From: a virus
Direction: 5' to 3' (one strand)
Virus record (IMG/VR): IMGVR_UViG_3300000956_000001
Coordinates: 18,630 to 82,629 of that record
Length of the DNA: 64,000 nucleotides
The position numbers and the translations under genes were made by a program. The number at the start of each line of letters is the position of its first letter. The stretch's first letter is position 1. Below, piece after piece: positions 8,544 to 16,913 of the stretch. Below the pieces are notes generated by a model. It had not been told where the DNA came from. It made no database searches and saw only the letters and a list, made by a program, of their open reading frames with translations.

Positions 8544-9385
8544 TACTTGTTTCCACTCTCGCGCATCTCATCGAACGTCATGCCGATGTAGCGCATTGTC
8601 GTGTTGACGTCAGCGTGACCGAGCCATCGCTGAAGAAGTGTGATGTCTCTTGTTTGCTTGTACAGAACCGTCGCGAATGTCGCGCGCAGGTCATGACTAG
8701 CAACTGGACGAGATATGCCAGCCCTGACGCCCAGCTCCGTAATGAATGATCGCGCACCACGGTCACTGTAGTTAATCAGTCGCTCACGTCCGGAAATCTG
8801 AACGGCGATGATCTGCGGTGCCAGGAACGTGAAAGCTCGATTCGTCACCGGGATGACTCGAAGCTTCTGCCCCTTACCCCACACGCTGATCGATAGTCCC
8901 GAAAGATCGATGTGACTATCTTTCAGCTCTAGAGCTTCATGCATGCGAAGTCCCTCGCACCCGAGTAATGCGACAAGTGCTCGCTTCTCGTCAGTGTCGC
9001 ATGCAGCGAGCATCTTGTTGAGATCATGTTCGCGATTCGGAAGGGGGTGCGCCTCTGCGGTTGGAACGGCTGGAAGCTTGTAACGCTTCAGGACGTCGCC
9101 CTCAAACCCCAGGTATTCCTTCAATGCCAGGATGCTCGCCTTGCGTCGACGAATCGTCATCGGAGCCAACTCGATATCCGTCGACAGCTTCAGCCATGTC
9201 GCTGCCAGCCTCGGCAGGTCCTCCACCTGAAAGGACTTGACCCCCAATTCCTTGAAGAGCATCTTGATATCGCTGGAGTACGCCTTCACTGTGTGCACCG
9301 ACCGGGAGAACTGAACGTCGGACAACCAAAGTCGGAAGCCCTCGATATCCTCGGTCGTCAGAGTCGTCACCTGTGGCATAGTCAT
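8543..9385 (-). CDS. tyrosine recombinase (XerC/D-like integrase family)
   Basis: SAM-like N-terminal domain (S.HTVKAY.SD) and complete catalytic set: GLRMHEAL, GKGQKLR, HDLRATFAT, LGHADVNTTMRY. Confidence 0.93.
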   Translation of the reverse strand: MTMPQVTTLTTEDIEGFRLWLSDVQFSRSVHTVKAYSSDIKMLFKELGVKSFQVEDLPRLAATWLKLSTDIELAPMTIRRRKASILALKEYLGFEGDVLKRYKLPAVPTAEAHPLPNREHDLNKMLAACDTDEKRALVALLGCEGLRMHEALELKDSHIDLSGLSISVWGKGQKLRVIPVTNRAFTFLAPQIIAVQISGRERLINYSDRGARSFITELGVRAGISRPVASHDLRATFATVLYKQTRDITLLQRWLGHADVNTTMRYIGMTFDEMRESGNK

Positions 9386-9668
9386 TCCGTGCTTTCTCGT
9401 CTAGAGCCCTTACGATAGGCTCGGCTAGATCGGTGGCAACAAGCACTGCGAATCTGAATGCAGCAAGCTCTGGCAAGGTCAGCCGCGATAGGTCGATTAC
9501 CGTGGTCGAGTTCCCTCGCGTGAGCGCAACGCAGATATGATCGTAATCGTCTTTGTCTATCTTGGGAATATTGACAGAGACCTGATGCCAGGGAAGTCTA
9601 CACCAAACGGCACGAGAGGCCTTGCTGAAAACATTGCCAGGTTTACGCTGTCCATTACTGATCTTCAC
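9102..9668 (-). CDS. hypothetical protein (long overlap with recombinase)
   Basis: ATGA-type coupling to the upstream gene; fills 9386-9668. Confidence 0.55.
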   Translation of the reverse strand: MKISNGQRKPGNVFSKASRAVWCRLPWHQVSVNIPKIDKDDYDHICVALTRGNSTTVIDLSRLTLPELAAFRFAVLVATDLAEPIVRALDEKARNDYATGDDSDDRGYRGLPTLVVRRSVLPVGAHSEGVLQRYQDALQGIGGQVLSGGGPAEAGSDMAEAVDGYRVGSDDDSSTQGEHPGIEGIPGV

Positions 9669-9919
9669 TTCATGTTCCCTTCGGCGGCGCGAACACGCTC
9701 AAGTGCTGGTGACTGCATGCCCGGTGCGCCACTGTATGCAGGACGTATGTAGTCCTCGTCTACCTCGATGCACTCGTCGCACAACCATCCGACGGTTCGA
9801 GTTCGAAGCGTCTTGGCGCCAGCACCCATGGTTGTGAACGCGATCTTCTTGGCAGTTAGAAGCTCGCGGAGCGTTTTGCGAAGACAGACGGAACACTTAT
9901 ACTCTGAATAGCCAGGCAT
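9665..9919 (-). CDS. small zinc-finger protein
   Basis: CSVC...CDEC. Confidence 0.7.
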   Translation of the reverse strand: MPGYSEYKCSVCLRKTLRELLTAKKIAFTTMGAGAKTLRTRTVGWLCDECIEVDEDYIRPAYSGAPGMQSPALERVRAAEGNMK

Positions 9920-9933
9920 GACTTCCCTAGGGA

Positions 9934-11058
9934 TTAATCGATGTCAATCAGGGCGAGTGCCAATTCGCTAGCCCTGTAACAGGGGACGCACTGATTATAG
10001 TACATGGTGGTCATCACCTGCGCGAAGACTTCATTCAACGGATCGGGCTGGTTTCGATTCAGGAAGTTCCTGAGCATCTTTGTTGTTCCGTAGTTGTGAA
10101 TCGGTGCCGTGCAGCCGTGATTTCCGCCAGCAGTCAGATCTAGGAACGCGCTCACGACATCGATCTGCTGTTTTGCAGCTGGCTCTGTGAGCATGTCGTT
10201 CTCGATCATATCAAAGACCCAACCGAGAGGGTCTACACCGTACTCTATTACTTCCTGCTTCGTGAAGTACTGTGTCACAGGATCCGGACGGAACGTCTGA
10301 AGGCAGACAGTCAGCTCTCGATAGTCGTTCCCCTCCCAGTCGGACACTGTACCGATAGTACAGGCGACACGGTGGAGGATATTACCAAAGAAGGGTAGAG
10401 CGACCTTCATCCAGCCAAGACCAGCATTGTGCTGGATGGTGTTCCAGAGCATCTCTACACCGCCGCGCGTACGAATGAAAGATCTCACTGTTTGGCAAAA
10501 GTAAGCATCATTGCACGAGCACTTAAATGCAACCTCTGGAAGTTCAACGTTTGCGGGGGTGGGTAGGACTTGGGGCGAGACTATGTGTTTGCCAGGCAAT
10601 GCAGGTGACCGTGCGCTGGGTGGCGGCATGATTGGTTTGTCCTTTGGCAACTGAGTTTCTATGTAAGGCTTGAAGCGCAGTGCCGAGACTGCACGTGTGA
10701 CCTTGCCAGTACGTTCGAGTTGTTTGAATTCCTTGTCAAGCCTGTCATACATTGCTGACCTGTACTCGTCTACCAACCGAGAATCAGCTCCATACGGGAC
10801 CACGTGACTTGAACGTAGAACCTCCCAGACGGCTCTGTACTCTGCCAGCTCGCGATGACCGAGGAGCCAGTACCTGACTGCAGGCTCGCCAGGGAAAGCA
10901 TCCGTTTCGATGTAAGCCTCAAAGCGCTGTCCTACCTCATTAACCCAGTATCGATTAATGTCGCGAGGGCCGATGACTGTCGATTTGGTAGTGCTGAACG
11001 ATACTGCGAGAACTTCCTTTAGATCCTCCTCGGTGTGGTACTTGCGTTTAATTGCCAT
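9934..11058 (-). CDS. hypothetical protein (possible SWIM-like CxC..C motif)
   Basis: 374-aa ORF, FKCSCNDAYFC. Confidence 0.7.
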   Translation of the reverse strand: MAIKRKYHTEEDLKEVLAVSFSTTKSTVIGPRDINRYWVNEVGQRFEAYIETDAFPGEPAVRYWLLGHRELAEYRAVWEVLRSSHVVPYGADSRLVDEYRSAMYDRLDKEFKQLERTGKVTRAVSALRFKPYIETQLPKDKPIMPPPSARSPALPGKHIVSPQVLPTPANVELPEVAFKCSCNDAYFCQTVRSFIRTRGGVEMLWNTIQHNAGLGWMKVALPFFGNILHRVACTIGTVSDWEGNDYRELTVCLQTFRPDPVTQYFTKQEVIEYGVDPLGWVFDMIENDMLTEPAAKQQIDVVSAFLDLTAGGNHGCTAPIHNYGTTKMLRNFLNRNQPDPLNEVFAQVMTTMYYNQCVPCYRASELALALIDID

Positions 11059-11435
11059 TCCAGTCGCCTCTGTTTCCAGATTAGAATGCGAAGTCGGTCC
11101 GGAGGGATCAACATCAGGTCTTTATACTTCTCCATGTCATCAGCGCACATCAGTCCGCCCATGCATAGAACTTCCAGCGCGCGTCCGAGTTCAGCGTCCT
11201 CGGCGGCAGCTTCCTGCACCTTCGACGTTTGCTGTAGAGCAGTTCGTGACGGCAGAGTTGGTGGCGATACCACTGTAGGCAGCGCCCTCATCACGAACTT
11301 CTTTGGTTCCGGAGGTGTCTCGGATTTCACAGTCTTAGCGGGCGCCCTGATGACCTTCGTCTTTGGCTTTGTAGCTATGCACGTACAGGGCATGCTACCG
11401 CAGAACATGCACGGATCGACCGTCATGCGTCCCAT
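11019..11435 (-). CDS. hypothetical protein
   Basis: CMFC..PCTC N-terminus; GTGCTAGGAT -10 box immediately upstream. Confidence 0.65.
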   Translation of the reverse strand: MGRMTVDPCMFCGSMPCTCIATKPKTKVIRAPAKTVKSETPPEPKKFVMRALPTVVSPPTLPSRTALQQTSKVQEAAAEDAELGRALEVLCMGGLMCADDMEKYKDLMLIPPDRLRILIWKQRRLEWQLNASTTPRRI

Positions 11436-11450
11436 ACGGGTATCCTAGCA

Positions 11451-11810
11451 CTACCTATCGTAATATGCAAGCCCGTCCTTATCGCGACGTTCGTATAGCA
11501 CTTCATCGCTAGCTCGCAAAACTTCGAGACGATCAATCTCGTCGCAGATCCTTGTAGCCCAGGCGGCCCTCTTGTCTGCAGGTATTCTGTTCATAGAGCC
11601 GTACATAAGCTTGCGTTCGAGTCGTTCGATATCGCGAGAGATCTTCCATCGCATATGCTGTTGCGGATGTTTCTTCGTGTCGAACTGTGGACACACGCGA
11701 AACCTGCCGATCTCGCATTTGCACTGATTGCACTGTTCGCACCATTTGCCGCAGTACAGACACAGTCCGATTCCAGACTGGACAACGTGATAGCGTTCCA
11801 TCACGAACAT
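11451..11810 (-). CDS. hypothetical Cys-rich protein
   Basis: 119 aa, coupled to upstream gene. Confidence 0.6.
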   Translation of the reverse strand: MFVMERYHVVQSGIGLCLYCGKWCEQCNQCKCEIGRFRVCPQFDTKKHPQQHMRWKISRDIERLERKLMYGSMNRIPADKRAAWATRICDEIDRLEVLRASDEVLYERRDKDGLAYYDR

Positions 11811-12673
11811 CAGAACATCGCAATCGGGAACATCGCCTCGTCATCCTCACTCGGCGTAGGGCCAGCGATAGTGTTGATGCGATTCACGGTGACTCCAAAC
11901 ATACTGGCCAGATCCTCAGGGCGCATGCCCTGCTTGTGAATGCCGTCCTGGATCATCGTGCGCTCGGCTACGGTGAAGTCTCGGACTGGCGTAAGGATAT
12001 CGGCCTTAGGCTTCACAGTCTTCTTGGCTGCCTTCAGCGGCGCGCGTGTCTTAACCGGCTCAGGTTCGGGCTTGGCGTAGGCGAGCGGCGCCGCGGGGTA
12101 GTAGTTGTAGCCAGGCGTTGCCTCCCAGGGGATTTGCCCTGTGCGCATCTGCCAGCGCTTGTGCGCATGAAGAAGGATGTCGTCACGTGAACGGAAGTAT
12201 GGAATCGACATGAATGCAAGGCACATTGCGGTTCCGAATGCCTCATGCTTTGCTTTGAGTTGACCCATCTCGGGAAGATTCAAATCCAGAATCCTGTCGA
12301 TCTGCCCATCCAGTAGATCCCACATCTTCTGCAGGACGGTCTTGCCGGACGGCATCATATCCGGCTTAACTTCAGCAGGACAGATATGACCATCCAACTC
12401 GCGACATGCCGACTCCTCGGTGCTGCCGTACGCGACAGCCATACACTCAGTGTTGGCATCACAGAAGTACGTGTAGTGATATCGAACGTCAGGGCCAATC
12501 CTGACAGTCGATTTGGTGATGCCCCTGGGAGGAGTTGCCCAGAAGGTCTCGCGGTCGAATCCCATTCTCATCTCCCAGAACATCTTGCTTGGCTTGCCGC
12601 AGGAAGGGTGGACCCACCATTGATCTCCAATGTGAGCCCACCCCGACTGGGTATCGCATGTGCAGTACATCAT
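11810..12673 (-). CDS. hypothetical protein with C-terminal HTH
   Basis: GMRPEDLASMFGVTVNRINTI; start at ATG 12673 via ATGA overlap. Confidence 0.7.
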   Translation of the reverse strand: MMYCTCDTQSGWAHIGDQWWVHPSCGKPSKMFWEMRMGFDRETFWATPPRGITKSTVRIGPDVRYHYTYFCDANTECMAVAYGSTEESACRELDGHICPAEVKPDMMPSGKTVLQKMWDLLDGQIDRILDLNLPEMGQLKAKHEAFGTAMCLAFMSIPYFRSRDDILLHAHKRWQMRTGQIPWEATPGYNYYPAAPLAYAKPEPEPVKTRAPLKAAKKTVKPKADILTPVRDFTVAERTMIQDGIHKQGMRPEDLASMFGVTVNRINTIAGPTPSEDDEAMFPIAMF

Positions 12674-12750
12674 CCCAGCAATTTCCACGCCGCCGCCACG
12701 AGAACGATAACCAGTGCGGCCAGCTGTAAGAATCCACGCCAGTGTCCCAT
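12670..12750 (-). CDS. small membrane peptide (26 aa)
   Basis: MGHWRGFLQLAALVIVLVAAAWKLLG, with GGAG upstream. Confidence 0.5.
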   Translation of the reverse strand: MGHWRGFLQLAALVIVLVAAAWKLLG

Positions 12751-12753
12751 TAC

Positions 12754-12969
12754 CTACTCCGTCCTATCCCTGCGCGCGTCCAGTACGCGACACCGTGCTG
12801 CCAGAATTTCGGACGGGCTGGCGCTGAGAAGGATTCGCCGTGCCGAACGGCGGGCCATCATGCCATGGAACTTCTTGCTTGCAGCATCAACTGACCAAAT
12901 GAAACCGAGAACGACGAACATCCAGACGATGACGATGAGATACCAGATGAGTTCAGGTGCGGTCGGCAC
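12754..12969 (-). CDS. small membrane protein
   Basis: N-terminal TM helix; GGAGG RBS. Confidence 0.7.
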   Translation of the reverse strand: MPTAPELIWYLIVIVWMFVVLGFIWSVDAASKKFHGMMARRSARRILLSASPSEILAARCRVLDARRDRTE

Positions 12970-12978
12970 GACTTCCTC

Positions 12979-13437
12979 CTATTCCAGTTCGTCATCCTCG
13001 GCGAACTCGTCCTGCGGTTCCTGTTTCTCGAGATCTTTGATGCGATCCTCGGCACTGCGGTGTCGGTGGCCGAGGTCCACGTGCGAGATGTTGTCGTGCA
13101 TGAGTCGTGCTGTTGGCTCGTCCACCGCATTCAGAACACTCACCAGGATGCCGTGTCGATCCGCGAGGTGCTGCTTCACGCTTGCGTCAGCAGGAATGAC
13201 GCGAACCCAACGCTTTACGACACGCTTTTTGCGGATGCGTGGGCTCTCGACGCACGATTCAATCTCGATAAGCCTGACGATCTGGGTGTTGCCGTGAACA
13301 CGAATAGCAACGCCATCCGCGCTCACGGCCAGAATCTTGCCTTCGATCTGAACCGCGTCGTCAGCCTGACCGAGGCTGAGGCGCATCACCACGTACTTCT
13401 TGAAGTACCGGTGCAGGTCATTGATGTGTACTGGCAT
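12979..13437 (-). CDS. hypothetical protein
   Basis: 152 aa; beta-rich N-terminus, QHLADRHG motif. Confidence 0.7.
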   Translation of the reverse strand: MPVHINDLHRYFKKYVVMRLSLGQADDAVQIEGKILAVSADGVAIRVHGNTQIVRLIEIESCVESPRIRKKRVVKRWVRVIPADASVKQHLADRHGILVSVLNAVDEPTARLMHDNISHVDLGHRHRSAEDRIKDLEKQEPQDEFAEDDELE

Positions 13438-13438
13438 T

Positions 13439-16381
13439 CTACCTCGCTGTCAGGATTTTTCCGATGAATTCAATCACCTTGATGACGTCTTCGTCGGAAT
13501 CCACTCGAACTGTAGGCAAGCCATACCTCGATGGTGAATCAGTCTGGATGCCGACGCAGACGAGGTGAATACCCTGTCGCTTGTATTCCTTGATCTCACG
13601 CTCAAGAATGACGAGTTCTTCATCCTTGTTCGCGGCTGGCATCTGACCATCCGTGAAGTAGATCACGATTCGGTCGGTTGCCCTGTGCTGCATTGCGATT
13701 TTGCGGTAGTACTCGAAGCTGTGACCGTCGAGGTTGTCACTGATCGGAAGTACGCTCGCCAGCTTCTCCTTGGCGGCATCATTCCACGCCTCGTGTTCCT
13801 CCTTGAACGGAAGGAAGTAGTTGTAGAACTGCGTACCGCTACCCATGGGCCGGAATGGCTTCAACGGAGAAGGGAATGCGCTGTGCATATAGCCAGCCCA
13901 CGGCACGCCGACGCGAGTCAACAGATCCGACAGGCCGTGCATAATGCGCTTGATCTTCTCGTTCCGCATGTTGCGGTCCGTGCTGAATGAAGCGTCGCCA
14001 CCCAGGATCACGAAGTAGTCTCGCTTTGCAGGGACGACCTTCTTCTGGAACAACCTTGGATCATTGACCGGCGCTCGTCTACCCAGCACGCGGGTGTTGA
14101 TGCGACCAGACTTGCGGTTGCGGTCGTGTGCTGCGCGGAGGTTGTCATCGAAGACGCGGCGTGACTGTAGTACGACACGTCCGATGAGTGATTCCGCAGG
14201 GGCGAATAGCTCTGGCAAATCCTCAATGGCGCAACCGTGATGCTGTGCCGCCATGGTCGGATCCCACTTGATCCCCCAGTGTGGGTACTCTGCTATCTCG
14301 TTGCCAGCGACTTCGATGCTGGGCGCATCGAACTGCCCAACCTGGTTGATCGCCAACTCGAGAACCCGTAGGATCTTGTAGTCGTAGTCCTTGCCATCCT
14401 CGTAGCCGAGGATCTCGGTCAGATCGTCGTCGGATAGCGTGTCCAGTAGGCCGTCACGATCGCCAGCACCGTGAACCAAGAACTTGGATAGGTCCCGTGC
14501 TACATCGTCCGGGGTGCCGTGATCCATGTCGGATGAAGCATCCTGCGCCTGGCTCTGCGTTGGGGTCGGCATCGGACCGTGCTGCTGCGAGCCAGCACTG
14601 CCGAAGATGTCCTCCTGGTTGTCGATATCCCAGGGGTTGTCCGACTCTAGATCCAGAGGGTAGTCAGGCTCCCCATCTTCGGCCTCGACCTCAGCATCAG
14701 AGTCGCTATCGCCGTCTGAGGCCACAACCTCGTCACTTCGATCATCTCTTGCTGTCGGCTCGACATCCCGTCCAGCGCATGACTCTGATGGAATGATCTC
14801 TCCGTCAGCACCCACTTCCGATGGCGCCTCGTTCCCGGCATTGCCGACTTGACTTTCCAGTTCACCGCTCCCCTGAACTGTCGCACCTTGCTCACCCGAC
14901 CCACTGATACCAGCAGCGTCGGTCGAGTTGGATTGCGCATCAGATGACGAATCAGCCATGCCTGCTTCAGGGCTGGAACCCTCTCCAGGAACGTCTCCTC
15001 CAGCTGATGCGCTGTCAGACACGGACGGATCGCCTTCACTGACCTGATCGCCAGGTGATCCCCCGGAGGAAGGAAGTGATGTACCGTCATCTAGTCCTTC
15101 ACCTCCACTACCAGCCCCCGCTCCTTCAGATCCTCCAGTAGAATCTGCATCGCCCGAATCGCTTCCCCCTGGACCTGAATCAGTTCCGTCGCTTCCCGAA
15201 TCGCTGTCGCTTGTTCCTGGATCAGCTGATCCTTGCTCGCCAGCTTCGCTCTCAGGTCCTCCAGAGCCATCACTGACCGAGTCATCGGTACCGGAGGAGG
15301 ATCCGGAATCTCCTTCGCCGGTGCCGGAATCCCCAGGATCCCCGCCGGACTCAGGCCCGCCCTCGCCATCGCCTGCCTCATCGCCAGACCCCTCGGCGTC
15401 TCCATCGTCGCCAGTTTCGCCATTTCCCTCAGGCTGAGGCTCGGCTGGGGGGTCCACAGGATCCTCAGGTTCGCGGACACACTTCGGAACCAAGCAGAAA
15501 CCAAGTTCCTGCGCACGTCGGAACACCTCCAAACTCAATACGAAGATGCCGTGCGCATCCTCGACAAACAGTGCTCGATTGCAGATGTTGATGATCTTAC
15601 TGTCAGCCAGCGCAATCTGCACATCAGGATGCAGTGTGTCCTGCGTCTGATAGTTTGCGGCTACCATCTGCAGGCCGATCATGAACTGCGAGTCGAGTGG
15701 CGCCTCTGACCAGGACAGATACTGATCGATACCGACCTCGGAGCCCTCAGTAAGGAGGCGCTCCATGTTCATCGTGAAGATGTGCTCCATGCCGGGCCGC
15801 GCCGTGAACGTCATCCGATTGACTCGACAGTCCTCAAGTACATTGAAGATCATCGGAAGGTACGGATTGAGCACGTTCAACAGGGTCATCGAGTCGCACG
15901 TCCGGCTGCGCACGTAGCCGAGTTCGTTGCGAACAAAGCTCCAGTGCTCGCAGTCATAGTGATGCCACTCGTTGATGTATTCTTGAGTCAGATCGAAGGA
16001 CTGTCTTGAAGCCTCAATCTGCGTCTTGCCAGCAATATGCGCAATCTCATGGAACAGGTAGAAATCGATAACCTCACGGATCTGGCACGCCTGACATACC
16101 TGTTTGCCAGAAGCATCTCGTTCACCACACTTCGAGCGAAGATGGGGCGTCTTGGACGCAAGCCCCAATGGCGGCCGAATGAAGATCTTGTTGCCCTTGG
16201 TGTGCGGAGTGTCGGTTGTGATCTCAACCTGCACCTTGGCGTTACCCGTCGCAGTGCGCGCGAAGTGAACGAGCTGTGGCATCATGCCACGAAGAACCTG
16301 AACGGCCTTCCATGCAGTCTCTTGTGCGGTAGGATCAAATCCAGGCACTCCCCTACCGCTCCTAGACCTTGCCCTTGCCAT
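13439..16381 (-). CDS. vWA-domain protein (CobT/MoxR partner) with N-terminal HExxH domain
   Basis: FHEIAH, FNVLEDCRVN, long G/S/D/E linker, SGRIN.R, MIDAS-like DASFS and FTDG; start MARAR after GGAGGTG. Confidence 0.85.
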   Translation of the reverse strand: MARARSRSGRGVPGFDPTAQETAWKAVQVLRGMMPQLVHFARTATGNAKVQVEITTDTPHTKGNKIFIRPPLGLASKTPHLRSKCGERDASGKQVCQACQIREVIDFYLFHEIAHIAGKTQIEASRQSFDLTQEYINEWHHYDCEHWSFVRNELGYVRSRTCDSMTLLNVLNPYLPMIFNVLEDCRVNRMTFTARPGMEHIFTMNMERLLTEGSEVGIDQYLSWSEAPLDSQFMIGLQMVAANYQTQDTLHPDVQIALADSKIINICNRALFVEDAHGIFVLSLEVFRRAQELGFCLVPKCVREPEDPVDPPAEPQPEGNGETGDDGDAEGSGDEAGDGEGGPESGGDPGDSGTGEGDSGSSSGTDDSVSDGSGGPESEAGEQGSADPGTSDSDSGSDGTDSGPGGSDSGDADSTGGSEGAGAGSGGEGLDDGTSLPSSGGSPGDQVSEGDPSVSDSASAGGDVPGEGSSPEAGMADSSSDAQSNSTDAAGISGSGEQGATVQGSGELESQVGNAGNEAPSEVGADGEIIPSESCAGRDVEPTARDDRSDEVVASDGDSDSDAEVEAEDGEPDYPLDLESDNPWDIDNQEDIFGSAGSQQHGPMPTPTQSQAQDASSDMDHGTPDDVARDLSKFLVHGAGDRDGLLDTLSDDDLTEILGYEDGKDYDYKILRVLELAINQVGQFDAPSIEVAGNEIAEYPHWGIKWDPTMAAQHHGCAIEDLPELFAPAESLIGRVVLQSRRVFDDNLRAAHDRNRKSGRINTRVLGRRAPVNDPRLFQKKVVPAKRDYFVILGGDASFSTDRNMRNEKIKRIMHGLSDLLTRVGVPWAGYMHSAFPSPLKPFRPMGSGTQFYNYFLPFKEEHEAWNDAAKEKLASVLPISDNLDGHSFEYYRKIAMQHRATDRIVIYFTDGQMPAANKDEELVILEREIKEYKRQGIHLVCVGIQTDSPSRYGLPTVRVDSDEDVIKVIEFIGKILTAR

Positions 16382-16427
16382 GCGATCACCTCCCTTTTCA
16401 CTGACACTCGGTACTGACACTCTAGGG

Positions 16428-16458
16428 GGTGCCACGGAGCCTGCCGATCCGTGGCACC
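16428..16458 (-). terminator. hairpin / terminator
   Basis: 11-bp stem GGTGCCACGGA/TCCGTGGCACC. Confidence 0.55.
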
Positions 16459-16474
16459 TGACTAGTGGGTCAGG

Positions 16475-16741
16475 CTACATGTTTGCGACGGCGCCGAGCG
16501 TGTCGGTTGTCGGAGCTTCGTCGTCGTCCTCGGACTCGACGTCGTCATCCTCGTCATCTTCGTCATCCGCCTGGGGCACGTCGGCGAAACGTCCGATGAG
16601 GTCGATCTCCTCGTCGGTGTAGACGGGATGGCCGTCCTCGATCGCCAGTCGGTCGAGGCCGCCGACGAGGTCCCCGAGGGTCTGCAGCTCGTCCTCGCCG
16701 AGGTCCTCGATCAGTTCGTTGAGTGCGCGCGGATCCTTCAT
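16475..16741 (-). CDS. highly acidic small protein
   Basis: MKDPRALNELIEDLGEDE...DDEDDEDDDVESEDDDE; strong GC3 codon bias. Confidence 0.7.
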   Translation of the reverse strand: MKDPRALNELIEDLGEDELQTLGDLVGGLDRLAIEDGHPVYTDEEIDLIGRFADVPQADDEDDEDDDVESEDDDEAPTTDTLGAVANM

Positions 16742-16911
16742 TCCATCTCCTCGTTGGTTGATGTGTCCACCTCGTAACCGGAGGGTACGGGTGCGTACGG
16801 GTCCAGGCACCAGGCCAGTTCGGGCGTGATCTCCGGCTCGGCCTTTGGCCTATGAAGTCTGGGCTCCCGGTCGTCGGGAAGGTCGCCCAGGATGTGCACG
16901 ATACGAGGCAT
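16738..16911 (-). CDS. hypothetical protein
   Basis: MPRIVHILGD... directly after the ATPase stop. Confidence 0.55.
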   Translation of the reverse strand: MPRIVHILGDLPDDREPRLHRPKAEPEITPELAWCLDPYAPVPSGYEVDTSTNEEME

Positions 16912-16913
16912 TC

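Noticed and set aside
14400-15480. Collagen-like or tandem repeat in the vWA gene
   Set aside because: Low-complexity G/S/D/E linker without regular periodicity
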